A stretch of DNA of 64,000 bases, from positions 33,818-97,817 of the IMG/VR virus record IMGVR_UViG_3300050821_003228, one strand, 5' to 3'. The stretch's first letter is position 1. Every line of letters begins with the position of its first letter. The notes below the pieces were generated by a model. The model was given only the letters and a program-made list of their open reading frames with translations, was not told where the DNA came from and ran no database searches. Of the stretch, positions 25,674 through 35,941 are shown in pieces. The stretch is from a virus. The translations under genes were made by a program, and so were the position numbers.

Positions 25674-27182
25674 ATGCCAGTTACTATTGATGAAATCTAT
25701 GGCGGAAAATTTTCTAATCCTGACGGATCACCGTTAAACGGTGGAAAAATTCTTTTCCAGTTATCAACAAATGCAATGGTCACTGGCGGGGATGAACAAA
25801 TAGCTCAAGGCCATATCATTGCTTACACATTAGATTCTAACGGCAGTGTGCCCGGTCCTGATACTAGTCATGTACTTTGGGGCAATGATCAATTAACGCC
25901 TACTAATACTTATTATATTGTACGCCTTTATAATGCAAATGGTCAACTCGTTGCTGGCCCGATGAACGGGGTAATTCAAGGGACATCACCGATTGATTTA
26001 GGTTCTGTCAATTTTTCAAGTGGCGCGGGTTCGGGCGGTATTGGCTCTAGTCTTCTATTACAAACGAATGATGTTAACAATACAAATCAAGCTTTATTAG
26101 ATTTGAAACAAGGCTCTAATATCAGCCTTGCAAACGTCAACGGTGTAACAACTATTACAGGCACGGCTGTTCCTATTACACTACAAACAAACGGAACGCC
26201 CAATTCTAACCAAAGTCTATTAAATATTGCTCAAGGCAGCAATATGACAATTAGTAACTCAGCCGGGACAACGACTATTACCGGGCCAACTCCCCCTCTA
26301 TTACAGACTAATGGTAGCACAAATTCAAGCCAAACGCAACTAAATCTTGCTGCTGGAACGGGTATCAGTCTTGCTAACGTTACTGGTACTACAATGGTGA
26401 CTAACAGTGCTCCCGCCTTGCCATCGGCCCAAATTGGAGATGTCGCTCGCTTTAATGTTAACGGTGATTCATTGTGGGATAGTGTCAATTTTGCCACTAA
26501 AGCAGTAACAATCTTCGCTAATTATGCTCAAGGTGATTTAGAAGCATATGGAGCAACTAAAAATAACCCTACCGTTAATTCACCAAGTCACGGCACAGTC
26601 GCACCAACTGCGACAGATAGTGGAGCATACAACCAATCCGCCCCTGCTACCGCATCTACTAGCACTGTCTTAGGGTTTACTGAAGGCGCAAATCCGAACT
26701 TTGGTGGTTATGGATTTGGAGCATTCTATCGTTGGTCACTTCGTTATGCTCTTGGCGTTACAACTAATGCCCGATTTTGGTTAGGAATTACTGCGTATAA
26801 TACAAGTGGTGGTGGTACAGAAGGACAAGACCCGAAAGCTTCTGCTAGTTTTGCTACTAATACTCCAAACCGTTCTACAATAGCGTTTCGTTATTCGGCG
26901 GGCACCGATACGACATGGAAAGCTACGACACAGGTGACGGGCGGTTCTCAAACTGTTGTTGATACAACTGTTGCAGTTGATACTAATCCACATAATTTTG
27001 AATTCACTTATGATGGAACAACAGTACGATTTTATATTGATACAGTGTTACGGGCATCAATAACAACGAATATACCGGCAGCTAATGCTAACCCGTTTAT
27101 GCAAATTGCTGTAGTTGATAATCAAAATACAAATAATGCAGTATCAGCCACGATTTATCATGGCTTTCTTTCTTTGAAATAA
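25674..27182 (+). CDS. Tail fibre protein
   Basis: N-terminal fibre-anchor-like domain, three LQTN...N..Q..LN...G repeats, lectin-like C-terminus; AAGGA RBS before ATG 25674. Confidence 0.65.
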   Translation: MPVTIDEIYGGKFSNPDGSPLNGGKILFQLSTNAMVTGGDEQIAQGHIIAYTLDSNGSVPGPDTSHVLWGNDQLTPTNTYYIVRLYNANGQLVAGPMNGVIQGTSPIDLGSVNFSSGAGSGGIGSSLLLQTNDVNNTNQALLDLKQGSNISLANVNGVTTITGTAVPITLQTNGTPNSNQSLLNIAQGSNMTISNSAGTTTITGPTPPLLQTNGSTNSSQTQLNLAAGTGISLANVTGTTMVTNSAPALPSAQIGDVARFNVNGDSLWDSVNFATKAVTIFANYAQGDLEAYGATKNNPTVNSPSHGTVAPTATDSGAYNQSAPATASTSTVLGFTEGANPNFGGYGFGAFYRWSLRYALGVTTNARFWLGITAYNTSGGGTEGQDPKASASFATNTPNRSTIAFRYSAGTDTTWKATTQVTGGSQTVVDTTVAVDTNPHNFEFTYDGTTVRFYIDTVLRASITTNIPAANANPFMQIAVVDNQNTNNAVSATIYHGFLSLK

Positions 27183-27184
27183 TT

Positions 27185-27403
27185 ATGACGACGACGATTT
27201 CACAAGTCAAGTTTCCAAAAATGTATATTAAAGGCGGGCAAGGTAATATTGCCGATGTCAATAATAGTTCCCAATTATTAACCAACACTGGTGGAGTAGG
27301 AATTTCAATTTTAAGTATGGGTTCGCAATCAATGATTGCCGGGCCAAGCGGTTATATAGCCAACGTTTCATCAACCGGCGATTTACAAACAACGAACGGA
27401 TAA
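27185..27403 (+). CDS. Small fibre-associated protein, paralogous to the N-terminus of 27974
   Basis: TI.Q..FPK and GPSGYIA.V.S.G.LQT shared with ORF 27974. Confidence 0.55.
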   Translation: MTTTISQVKFPKMYIKGGQGNIADVNNSSQLLTNTGGVGISILSMGSQSMIAGPSGYIANVSSTGDLQTTNG

Positions 27404-27404
27404 C

Positions 27405-27968
27405 ATGAAAGTTTATTACACCTATTTATGGTTGCGCGAAGACGGAACGCCTTACTATGTGGGTAAAGGGACTGGCATTAGAGCGTTTACTAATAGTTCA
27501 CATAATGTTCATAAACCTTTAGATGAATCTTTAATTTTAACACAAGAATTTCCTGATGAACAATCCGCTTTTGCTGCTGAAAAATTTCTGATTGCCTATT
27601 ACGGACGTAAAGATTTAGGTACAGGATGCCTTCGCAATTTAACCGACGGTGGGGAAAATCCTCCAACACATAGAAGAGGCAATCCGGGTCATATACCTTG
27701 GAACAAGGGTAAACCGTGGTCTGAAGAAATTAAATTAAAATTTAGTAACGCGAAAAAAGGAAAACCTTCAAACTGGTCGGGGATGAAAGCATCTGATGAA
27801 TTAAGACGAAAATTAAGTCGAGCACACTCTAAGTTTACGCAAGAACAAATAAATGAAATAAAAGAATTAAGAAAACAAGGTATTAAATATCAAGTTATAG
27901 GAAAACAATTTGATATAAGTGCTAGTTATGTTGGTGAAATTTGTTCTGGAAAGAAGTGTAATTTCTAA
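27405..27968 (+). CDS. GIY-YIG/NUMOD3-type homing endonuclease
   Basis: YYTY...REDG.PYYVGKG...R, E..LI..YGR.D.G.G.L.NLTDGG, PWNKGK and a C-terminal HTH. Confidence 0.85.
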   Translation: MKVYYTYLWLREDGTPYYVGKGTGIRAFTNSSHNVHKPLDESLILTQEFPDEQSAFAAEKFLIAYYGRKDLGTGCLRNLTDGGENPPTHRRGNPGHIPWNKGKPWSEEIKLKFSNAKKGKPSNWSGMKASDELRRKLSRAHSKFTQEQINEIKELRKQGIKYQVIGKQFDISASYVGEICSGKKCNF

Positions 27969-27973
27969 AAAAT

Positions 27974-28675
27974 ATGGCTAATACTATAAATCAAATAAAT
28001 TTTCCAAAAGTTTTCGTGGTTGGTCCGAGCGGTTATATTGCCGATGTGACGAGCGCGGGGCAGCTTCAAACTACTGGAAGTGGAGCAAGCGGTAGCGTCA
28101 CTAGTGTAGGAACTGCCGGTATTGCTACAGGTGGGCCGATTACTACAACCGGAACTGTAACAGTTCTAGGTTCTGGTAATACGACAACTGCTGTTACAGC
28201 CGGAGCTAGTGTCGCTGGCGCTGCTAATAACGACGTTCTAGTTGCTGACGGTTCAGGTAATGCTAAAGATAGTGGCGTATTGATTGGTAGTCTCGCCCCA
28301 TTAGCATCGCCCGCATTCACTGGTAATGCATCTGCTATCAATATTACAATTTCAGGCGCACAGGTTAACACACCGACAATAATTGCGTTCTCTGCTACAC
28401 CCACTTTTAACGCGGCTACAGCTAACAACTTTAAAATTACATTGACCGGTAACGTTACTAGCTCAACACTCTCAGGAGCAACAGCGGGCCAAAGAATAAT
28501 AATGGAAATTATACAAGATGGGTCCGGGGGACACACTTTTGTATGGCCTAGTAATATGAAAAATACAATGAATATCGCTGATCAAGCGGCAGGAGCAAAC
28601 GAAGTCTCATTACAAGAATTTTACTATGATGGTACGAACGCCTATGCGCTTACGACCGGAATGATATACCCATAA
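27974..28675 (+). CDS. Tail fibre/spike-like protein
   Basis: GSVTSVG, LAPLASPAFTG and I.QD..GGHT..WP fibre motifs. Confidence 0.65.
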   Translation: MANTINQINFPKVFVVGPSGYIADVTSAGQLQTTGSGASGSVTSVGTAGIATGGPITTTGTVTVLGSGNTTTAVTAGASVAGAANNDVLVADGSGNAKDSGVLIGSLAPLASPAFTGNASAINITISGAQVNTPTIIAFSATPTFNAATANNFKITLTGNVTSSTLSGATAGQRIIMEIIQDGSGGHTFVWPSNMKNTMNIADQAAGANEVSLQEFYYDGTNAYALTTGMIYP

Positions 28676-28682
28676 GGATTTA

Positions 28683-31538
28683 ATGAAAAAGATAATCACA
28701 GTTTTATTAACTATTATAGCGTGTCTCGGCGTTTCTGTAGCCCAAAACTCGTCTGTCAACAGTTTAACATTTGGGCCGCGCTATACAGTAAGTACGTTAC
28801 CCGCCGCTGCATCAAATAATAAAAGAATTTTTGAAATTACAGACGGTACTACAGGGGCAGATTGTACAGTCGGGGGCGGTAGCTCAGTTAATCTTTGCCA
28901 ATCAAACGGCAGTGTATATGCTTCTTTGAATACTAATAGCATTACTTCAATAGTGACAGCAAACCAAATAGCTGCTGCCGCAAAATGTAATGATATATCT
29001 GTCTCAGCTAATACTATTACCTGTAACCCTACGAATGCTTTGACTGCTTATGTCGATGGAACATTGTTGGAAGTAAAAGTAGCTAATACTGACACCGGAG
29101 CTACAACAATTAACGTTTCATCTATTGGTAGTAAAAATGTAAAGTCTAGTCTTGGCAATCCAACCGCATTAAGTGGCGGTGAATTGGCCGCTGGATCAAC
29201 TTATTTATTATATTACGATGGAACACAATTCGTAATGATGAACGATTTTGCTTGGGTAGATGCAGCAACATTCCCTGGAGCAACGGCTGATGTTCAAATT
29301 GCTAATGCAATTACTGCCGGATGTACAAGCCGTTCGGCTGTTGTTGAAGCACGAAACCTTGTTTCTCCAGTTTTTGTTGCTAACCCATTTCAGGCATTAA
29401 TTGGGGCCGGATATAAGCCTTCTTGTACTGGAATATTGTTACTTCCGTCAGGTGTTGTAACAGTTAATGTGCCGTTAATTATTCCGGGCGGTTGGAGAGT
29501 TCTTGGCGTAGGCGCTAATGATACGTTGAATAATGCTAATTCTACTGAAATTTTAGCTTCTGCTACCAATTTTAAAGGGCCATATTCAGCCGGAACAGCG
29601 GCTAATGCGGTCTGTTCTGGAACACCGCTGACTTGCGCTATCACAGGTACAACAACATCATGGACAACAGCTAATATATCTCTTGGTATGCGTTTTACAA
29701 TGTGTACAGCCGCGATTACAGGAACAGCTTGTGGCGGAACCCCCGCAGCTAACGCTGTCACCGGATTAATTACAACGATTACAGATAGTACACACATTAC
29801 GATTACAACGAATCAGGCGTATTCATCTAATACAGCGTCTAGTTATGTCATAGTGCCTTCTGTAGTTGAAATGGGTGATGAATCTGGTGTAGCTTCTCAG
29901 CCGGGCAACTTTGATGTCGGCATTGGTGGGTTTGTAATTCAAACTAATAATATAACAGGTGTAAATGGTCTAGCTAATTATAGCTGCCAAAACTTATGTC
30001 ATTTTATTGATAGTATTTTTATTCATCCTGCACCTAGCGCAATCGGGTTCGATATGGAAAGTCCACAAGCACAAAATTCTGGACCTTTTTATCCATTATG
30101 GGTTGTAGGACAAACTGGCGGTTGTAATACAAGTACAATTGGAATTGTTGTTCGTGCTTCAACTTCTATGCCGTTCGCTCTTGATAATGCCAGCGTATTT
30201 TTAAACCAATGTGGCGCGGTCGGTACCGGCATTGCTGTTGAAGGGCCGATGACATTGAATAACGCTCACGTTGGCGTTAGTAGCACTGCTGGAACTGGTG
30301 TAGCTGTAGATGTCGGAGATGCAGTAACTTGTCCACAGATTTGTGAAGGTGGAGCACTTGCGGCTAACGGTGCAGCTATTAACAATTTGAATATCACGGC
30401 CAATGGATTGACTGGCTTAAAATTTGGTAGCACTGCTAGAAATTTCATCGCTAGTAAGATTGTAGACGCTAGTTCTGGCGGATATACTAATCTATTCGCT
30501 GAGGGTGCGCGTGGCTGTACAATTCCTATCAGTACAGTAAGATTAGAAACATATATCGTTGGAGATTCAGCAAGTACGTACTATTCTAGTTCTGAAGCGA
30601 CAAGCACAGGAACAGGATCATGTACTGGAATGGGCACTTTAGGCATAATTACTGGAGTTATTGGTACAGCTTCAACTACACCTAATTTCTGTGCAACTGA
30701 TACAGGAAGCGCAAACGCGTATGCAATCGCTCCCTCTCCCGCTGCTACATTGACTACTAATACTTGGGTTTGTTTCCAAGTTGCCAACGCTAATACAACG
30801 GCCTCAACCCTTGCGGTCAATGGTTTGGCTGCTAAAAACTTAACAAAGAATGGTAACACCGCTTTGGCAAACGGCGATTTATTTACAGGAACTTATTACA
30901 TTGCTATTTATGACGGAACAGAATGGCAGTTAGTAACTAACATTCCCGGTTCATTATCAGCATCAAGTACAACCTTATCAAATAACGTAATACCAAAGGG
31001 TGCAGGAGCACATAAACTTACTAACGGTGGTATAACTGATAACGTAAATATTACTTCCTCAGAAATTTTCTCGGGCGGCAACACTGTTCGATTAACTGCC
31101 GATAGTAGTGGCATTACAGCTACAACTCCGGGCACAACGTTCCTAACTCTTGGCACCTTGATTGCAAACACTAATTACTCATTTACTTGTGAAATATTGT
31201 ATAGTCAGGCAACTGCTGCCGTGCTAGACGGGTTTTCTGTGCAAGCAGCCACGAACGCGGCGACCGATTGGGATGCGTGGGGAACGATGTATACAGCCGA
31301 TCCTTTAACTGGAACCGTGGTAGGATCACAAAGTTCGGCTTTACGAGTAACTACAACGACAGCAACACCGATTGTTACAGCTACTCCTGCCGCAACTGCA
31401 ACTGTATATCAGGCAAGAATAGCGGGTAATATTCAAGTTGGTGCAAGTGTTCCAACAATTAATATTCTTGCATTCACTGGAAACGCCTCAGATGCAGTAA
31501 CAATTAAAGCAGGGTCGTTCTGTTCGGTACACATTTAA
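28683..31538 (+). CDS. Tailspike/fibre-like protein with N-terminal signal peptide
   Basis: MKKIITVLLTIIACLGVSVAQ; two copies of a D.GSAN.Y...ANT...TL.VN..G.K...G.L......YDGT domain around a beta-helix-like core. Confidence 0.6.
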   Translation: MKKIITVLLTIIACLGVSVAQNSSVNSLTFGPRYTVSTLPAAASNNKRIFEITDGTTGADCTVGGGSSVNLCQSNGSVYASLNTNSITSIVTANQIAAAAKCNDISVSANTITCNPTNALTAYVDGTLLEVKVANTDTGATTINVSSIGSKNVKSSLGNPTALSGGELAAGSTYLLYYDGTQFVMMNDFAWVDAATFPGATADVQIANAITAGCTSRSAVVEARNLVSPVFVANPFQALIGAGYKPSCTGILLLPSGVVTVNVPLIIPGGWRVLGVGANDTLNNANSTEILASATNFKGPYSAGTAANAVCSGTPLTCAITGTTTSWTTANISLGMRFTMCTAAITGTACGGTPAANAVTGLITTITDSTHITITTNQAYSSNTASSYVIVPSVVEMGDESGVASQPGNFDVGIGGFVIQTNNITGVNGLANYSCQNLCHFIDSIFIHPAPSAIGFDMESPQAQNSGPFYPLWVVGQTGGCNTSTIGIVVRASTSMPFALDNASVFLNQCGAVGTGIAVEGPMTLNNAHVGVSSTAGTGVAVDVGDAVTCPQICEGGALAANGAAINNLNITANGLTGLKFGSTARNFIASKIVDASSGGYTNLFAEGARGCTIPISTVRLETYIVGDSASTYYSSSEATSTGTGSCTGMGTLGIITGVIGTASTTPNFCATDTGSANAYAIAPSPAATLTTNTWVCFQVANANTTASTLAVNGLAAKNLTKNGNTALANGDLFTGTYYIAIYDGTEWQLVTNIPGSLSASSTTLSNNVIPKGAGAHKLTNGGITDNVNITSSEIFSGGNTVRLTADSSGITATTPGTTFLTLGTLIANTNYSFTCEILYSQATAAVLDGFSVQAATNAATDWDAWGTMYTADPLTGTVVGSQSSALRVTTTTATPIVTATPAATATVYQARIAGNIQVGASVPTINILAFTGNASDAVTIKAGSFCSVHI

Positions 31539-31567
31539 TTGACAAAGCTGTAAAAATATAGTATTAT
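31539..31567 (+). promoter_or_regulatory. Sigma70-type promoter of nrdJ
   Basis: TTGACA-17 nt-TATTAT. Confidence 0.7.
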
Positions 31568-31633
31568 TATAAATACGATAGGTGTGGGGTATCTCAATGA
31601 GAGATACCCCTCATTTTTCATTTAGAAAGGTTT

Positions 31634-33538
31634 ATGAAAGAGTTATCGCAATATCAAACGTATATTGCCAAATCGCGCTATGCGAAGTGGATACCAGAAT
31701 TAAGCAGGCGAGAGAATTGGGACGAAACAGTTAACCGTTACATCACATTTTTTAAAGATAGAATACCAAAATCAGATCGAGAAGAAGTAACTAAAGAATT
31801 ACAAAAGGCCATTTTAGAAATGGATGTAATGCCTTCAATGCGGGCTATGATGTTTGCGGGGCCGGGATTAGAGAGGGATAACTGTGCGGGCTATAATTGC
31901 TCGTATTTAGTAATAGATGATCCCAGAGCATTTGATGAAACTTTATACATATTAATGTGTGGTACAGGAGTAGGCTATTCAGTCGAACGCCAATTTATAT
32001 GTAAAATGCCGTATATTGCTGAGGTCTTTTATGAGACTGAAACTACGATTAAAGTGCCCGATTCTAAGATTGGATGGGCAACATCATTTAGACAATTGAT
32101 CGGACTTTTATATGGTGGACTAGTTCCTAAATGGGATATGTCGTTAGTTCGTCCTGCCGGAACGATATTAAAAACAGGGGGCGGGCGTGCCTCTGGTCCT
32201 GAACAACTAGAAAAGCTATTTAAATTTACAATCAATCTGTTTAAAAATGCTGCCGGAAGGAAATTGAATTCTGTTGAATGCCATGATTTGATGTGTGCAA
32301 TTGCAGATATTGTTGAAGTTGGTGGGGTACGTCGCGCTGCAATGATTAGTCTTAGTAATTTTAGTGATGATAGAATGCGGAATGCAAAAAACGGGCAATG
32401 GTGGTTAGAACATAATTATCGCCGTCTTGCTAATAATTCTGTCGCATATACTGAAATGCCAGATGTTGAATCGTTTCTGAAAGAATGGGCAACGTTAGTG
32501 GAGAGTAAATCAGGAGAGAGGGGCATATTTAATCGTGAGGGAGCTAGAAAGCACATTTTGAAAAATGGCCGTAGAGCCATCAAGGTAAACGATGAATTTA
32601 TAGAGTTTGGAACCAACCCTTGCGGCGAAATCCTTCTTCGTCCGAATGGATTTTGTAATCTTTCAGAAGTTATTATCCGTCCAGATGATGACAAGAAAAG
32701 CTTGAAGAAGAAGATAAGATTAGCCACTATTATCGGGTGCCTTCAATCAACATTGACTGACTTCCGTTATCTTCGTAAAATTTGGACTAAGAATGCCGAA
32801 GAAGAAAGGTTATTAGGAGTTAGTTTAACCGGCATAATGGACAACCCGCTGATGTATACGAACGGGACAGAATTAGAAAAGTTATTGACTGAATTGCGAG
32901 AATATGCTGTCACAGTAGCTATGGAATGGGCCGAAAAGTTAAAAATTAACGTTCCGGCGGCGATCACTTGTGTTAAACCGTCTGGAACTGTCAGTCAACT
33001 AGTCAATTGTTCGCCGGGCATACATACTCGTTGGAGTCCTTACTACATTCGGGCCGTTCGAGAAGATAATAAAAGTCCTATTACCCCCTTTTTACGCGAT
33101 ACAGGCGTTTACAGCGAGGTTGAAAATTCAAGGCCGAACGACTCAACCGTGTTCTTTTGGCCGCTAGAATCGCCCCTAATGAGCCGCTGTAAGGATGATT
33201 TTACAGCTATCGAGCAACTAGAACTGTATCTAACATATAAGAAATGTTGGACCGAGCATAATCCATCATGTACTGTATATGTTAAACAAAATGAATGGAT
33301 TGAAGTTTGTGCGTGGGTATATCGTAATTTTGCTGACATAGGCGGGGTTTCATTCTTACCTAGTTCGGACCATATTTACCAACAAGCCCCCTATCAACAA
33401 GTTACAAAGGAAAAATACGGAGAGTTTAAAAAGAAAGTGCCAGCGATTGATTGGAATAAATTGACTGACTATGAGAAAGAAGACATGACCGATGTTAAGC
33501 ATGAACCGGCCTGTAGTTCAGGAGTGTGCGAACTGTGA
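31634..33538 (+). CDS. nrdJ: Class II (adenosylcobalamin-dependent) ribonucleotide reductase
   Basis: MPSMR, YNCSY, GTGVG, GGRASGP, VRRAA, TNPCGEI, CNLSE, TCVKPSGT, EHNPS and C-terminal CSSGVC. Confidence 0.92.
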   Translation: MKELSQYQTYIAKSRYAKWIPELSRRENWDETVNRYITFFKDRIPKSDREEVTKELQKAILEMDVMPSMRAMMFAGPGLERDNCAGYNCSYLVIDDPRAFDETLYILMCGTGVGYSVERQFICKMPYIAEVFYETETTIKVPDSKIGWATSFRQLIGLLYGGLVPKWDMSLVRPAGTILKTGGGRASGPEQLEKLFKFTINLFKNAAGRKLNSVECHDLMCAIADIVEVGGVRRAAMISLSNFSDDRMRNAKNGQWWLEHNYRRLANNSVAYTEMPDVESFLKEWATLVESKSGERGIFNREGARKHILKNGRRAIKVNDEFIEFGTNPCGEILLRPNGFCNLSEVIIRPDDDKKSLKKKIRLATIIGCLQSTLTDFRYLRKIWTKNAEEERLLGVSLTGIMDNPLMYTNGTELEKLLTELREYAVTVAMEWAEKLKINVPAAITCVKPSGTVSQLVNCSPGIHTRWSPYYIRAVREDNKSPITPFLRDTGVYSEVENSRPNDSTVFFWPLESPLMSRCKDDFTAIEQLELYLTYKKCWTEHNPSCTVYVKQNEWIEVCAWVYRNFADIGGVSFLPSSDHIYQQAPYQQVTKEKYGEFKKKVPAIDWNKLTDYEKEDMTDVKHEPACSSGVCEL

Positions 33539-34038
33539 GTTTAAACAAAGATAACGCTTTATCAAAGGAAACCGAATACCGCAAGAAATACGGTCCGCGA
33601 TATACGTATTTATTTAAATGTTCTGAACCAGAATGCACTAAAATAATAAGAGTTAGAAGTGATTATCTTAACCGATCATCGGGTCAATGTAATATTCATT
33701 CTCATCAAAAACGTCCATTTGAAAGTTTATATAACTCATTATATAACGATTGGCGCGGTACTGAAGTAACCTTAACTTATGAAGAGTTTTTAGAATTTAC
33801 AAAAATTAAAAAATGTCATTATTGCAGTTATGGTATTTTGTGGATTCCATTTGGAACGGTAGCGGGAGAGTACAAATCAAGAGCATATTACTTAGATAGA
33901 AAAAATCATAATGAAGGGTACACTAAAGAAAATTGTGTTGTTTGTTGTTCTAAATGCAACATCATTAGGCGGGACCACTTTACATATGAACAATTTTTAG
34001 AAATTGGTAAATTAATAAATAAATGGCGTATTGAATAA
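33526..34038 (+). CDS. HNH-type homing endonuclease
   Basis: LTYEEF...CHYC...LDRK....GYTKENCV.CC..CN; paralog of 38411-38950. Confidence 0.8.
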   Translation: MRTVSLNKDNALSKETEYRKKYGPRYTYLFKCSEPECTKIIRVRSDYLNRSSGQCNIHSHQKRPFESLYNSLYNDWRGTEVTLTYEEFLEFTKIKKCHYCSYGILWIPFGTVAGEYKSRAYYLDRKNHNEGYTKENCVVCCSKCNIIRRDHFTYEQFLEIGKLINKWRIE

Positions 34039-34280
34039 GCAGATATTTGTGAGATTAGTAAGGGCGGTAGTTGCGGATCATAAAATGGGGCCGTTTTATA
34101 CGGTCCCATATTCTTTAGGATAAATTGTTACTATACATCCATTTACAACCATATTAAATATGTCATGGGCGGTTAAAATATCTTTCAATTTTGGCGATTG
34201 TGGTTGATAACCAATTATTTCTTCTATAGTGAAAGATGTACAATAATAACTTGGGTTAGTCATTCTAATTCTAAACTCTG

Positions 34281-34622
34281 TCATCTATTATCTCCTTCAC
34301 TTTTAATTACCCCGCGTTTACGTCGGTCCTGTAATTTTTCAATATTAATGTGGGCTATAGTTTCTAACGATATCCCCAATTCTGACGCTAAAGCCGCGCA
34401 ATACCATGTCACGTCACCAAGCTCCCTAATTAATTCAGACCGTTGTTCATCATTTAATTGCTTGCCCGAAGTAATACCAAAATTGCGCCAATACTTTTTA
34501 ATCTTGTCCGCTGTTTCCCCGGCCTCGCCAGTCAAACCTAAAGCTGGATATAGCAAATTTCGGCCTTTATATGGATAATCCGCTGTTTGTAAAGCGGCAT
34601 GTTGATATTCGTTAAAATTCAT
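34281..34622 (-). CDS. MazG-like nucleotide pyrophosphohydrolase
   Basis: FNEYQ..A..TA...LGL.GEAGE.ADK.KK...ELGDV.WY...N..KL..R. Confidence 0.9.
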   Translation of the reverse strand: MNFNEYQHAALQTADYPYKGRNLLYPALGLTGEAGETADKIKKYWRNFGITSGKQLNDEQRSELIRELGDVTWYCAALASELGISLETIAHINIEKLQDRRKRGVIKSEGDNR

Positions 34623-34776
34623 TCTTCTCCTGTTTTTACTGCACAATAAAACGTTACACTAGTATAGATTAAAAATAACACCATACTTTTATAAAAAGGT
34701 AATGTTATTAGTAATACAAACAGTCCTCCAACAAATGAAACAAGTATTAATAAAATAAATCCGTAAATAGCTTGCT

Positions 34777-35784
34777 TCATTTAGTTTTATGTCCGTAGAC
34801 ATATCCCCTATTTTTATAGTCTAACACGATTTCATCCTCTTGTCCAGCGATACCTGAAGCTATAATACGGGCCAACGGAATTTCAAGTCTCTGCTCTATG
34901 ACTCTTCTGATATTCCGACCATTATACTTTGGATCATAACCCTCATCTATTAACGCCCGTCTTGCCTCTTTTGTAACGTTTAGAAATATGATATTCTTAC
35001 TCTTCGATAGAATATTCTGTTGAATAATATTAATTTCTAGATCACAGACCTTCTCAATTTGCTCTTTTGTCAATGTGTGGAAGGCAATAATCCTGTCAAG
35101 ACGGTTGATAAACTCGGGCGTGAACTTCTTCTTAGCTGAAGAGATACCAATTTCAGCAATTCCGGCCTCATCAACCCCTGCTAACTTATTAAAGCCAATA
35201 CCGCCACCATGAATCAACTTATCCATTTCTGCTGAACCGGCGTTAGATGTCATCAGTATCACAGTGTCTTTAAAATCTGTCGTACTATTATCGCCAAGAG
35301 TAATTGTTGCCTTATCCATTATAGTTAAGAGAAGGTGCCATAATGAGTCTGAAGCCTTCTCTATCTCATCAAAGAAAATGATAGACAGTTTATAATGTTC
35401 AGTATGTAGCGCGTTCAATGTCTTCTGTGTAAATCGGGCCGGGGTTTCTTTATGACCGAGGTAGCCCGGAGGAGAACCGATCAACTTAGCAATTTCATGA
35501 GAATGCTGGAATTCGCCACAATCAATCTTAACACAATGATGTGTATCATTACCAATAGCTTCGCAGAATGATTCAATCAATCTAGTTTTACCTACACCGG
35601 TCGGCCCTAAAAATAACGCTGTACCAATCGGGCGATTTTTATCATGTAAATTAGCGTGATATTTTTCAATAATATCAATGATTGCATCAATTCCTTCTTG
35701 TTGGCCGATCACTTTCGATCTTAGTGTTTCTCTAATCGCCTTTGCCCGATCACTTTCAATTTGTGTTAAATCTAGGATGTTCAC
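34777..35784 (-). CDS. ClpA/ClpB-like AAA+ ATPase (D2 domain only)
   Basis: VIGQ, FLGPTGVGKT, LIGSPPGY.G, FDEIEKA, MTSN, PEFINRLD. Confidence 0.9.
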   Translation of the reverse strand: MNILDLTQIESDRAKAIRETLRSKVIGQQEGIDAIIDIIEKYHANLHDKNRPIGTALFLGPTGVGKTRLIESFCEAIGNDTHHCVKIDCGEFQHSHEIAKLIGSPPGYLGHKETPARFTQKTLNALHTEHYKLSIIFFDEIEKASDSLWHLLLTIMDKATITLGDNSTTDFKDTVILMTSNAGSAEMDKLIHGGGIGFNKLAGVDEAGIAEIGISSAKKKFTPEFINRLDRIIAFHTLTKEQIEKVCDLEINIIQQNILSKSKNIIFLNVTKEARRALIDEGYDPKYNGRNIRRVIEQRLEIPLARIIASGIAGQEDEIVLDYKNRGYVYGHKTK

Positions 35785-35941
35785 ACTTTTTCCCAGAACC
35801 CACCAGATTTACCATCTTCTTCTAAGATATAGCTGATCCAACGCTGTTTCGGTCGGCCAATCCGCTTATTTTTCATCCATTCTTGAAAGGCTTGATAATT
35901 CTTTTTCTGGTTCATTTTCTTACCACGTCTTGTGTTTTCAC

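Noticed and set aside
2621-33339. Numerous antisense ORFs inside long + strand genes, and + strand ORFs inside the - arm
   Set aside because: They are shadow ORFs opposite well-supported genes, with no RBS or recognisable motifs.
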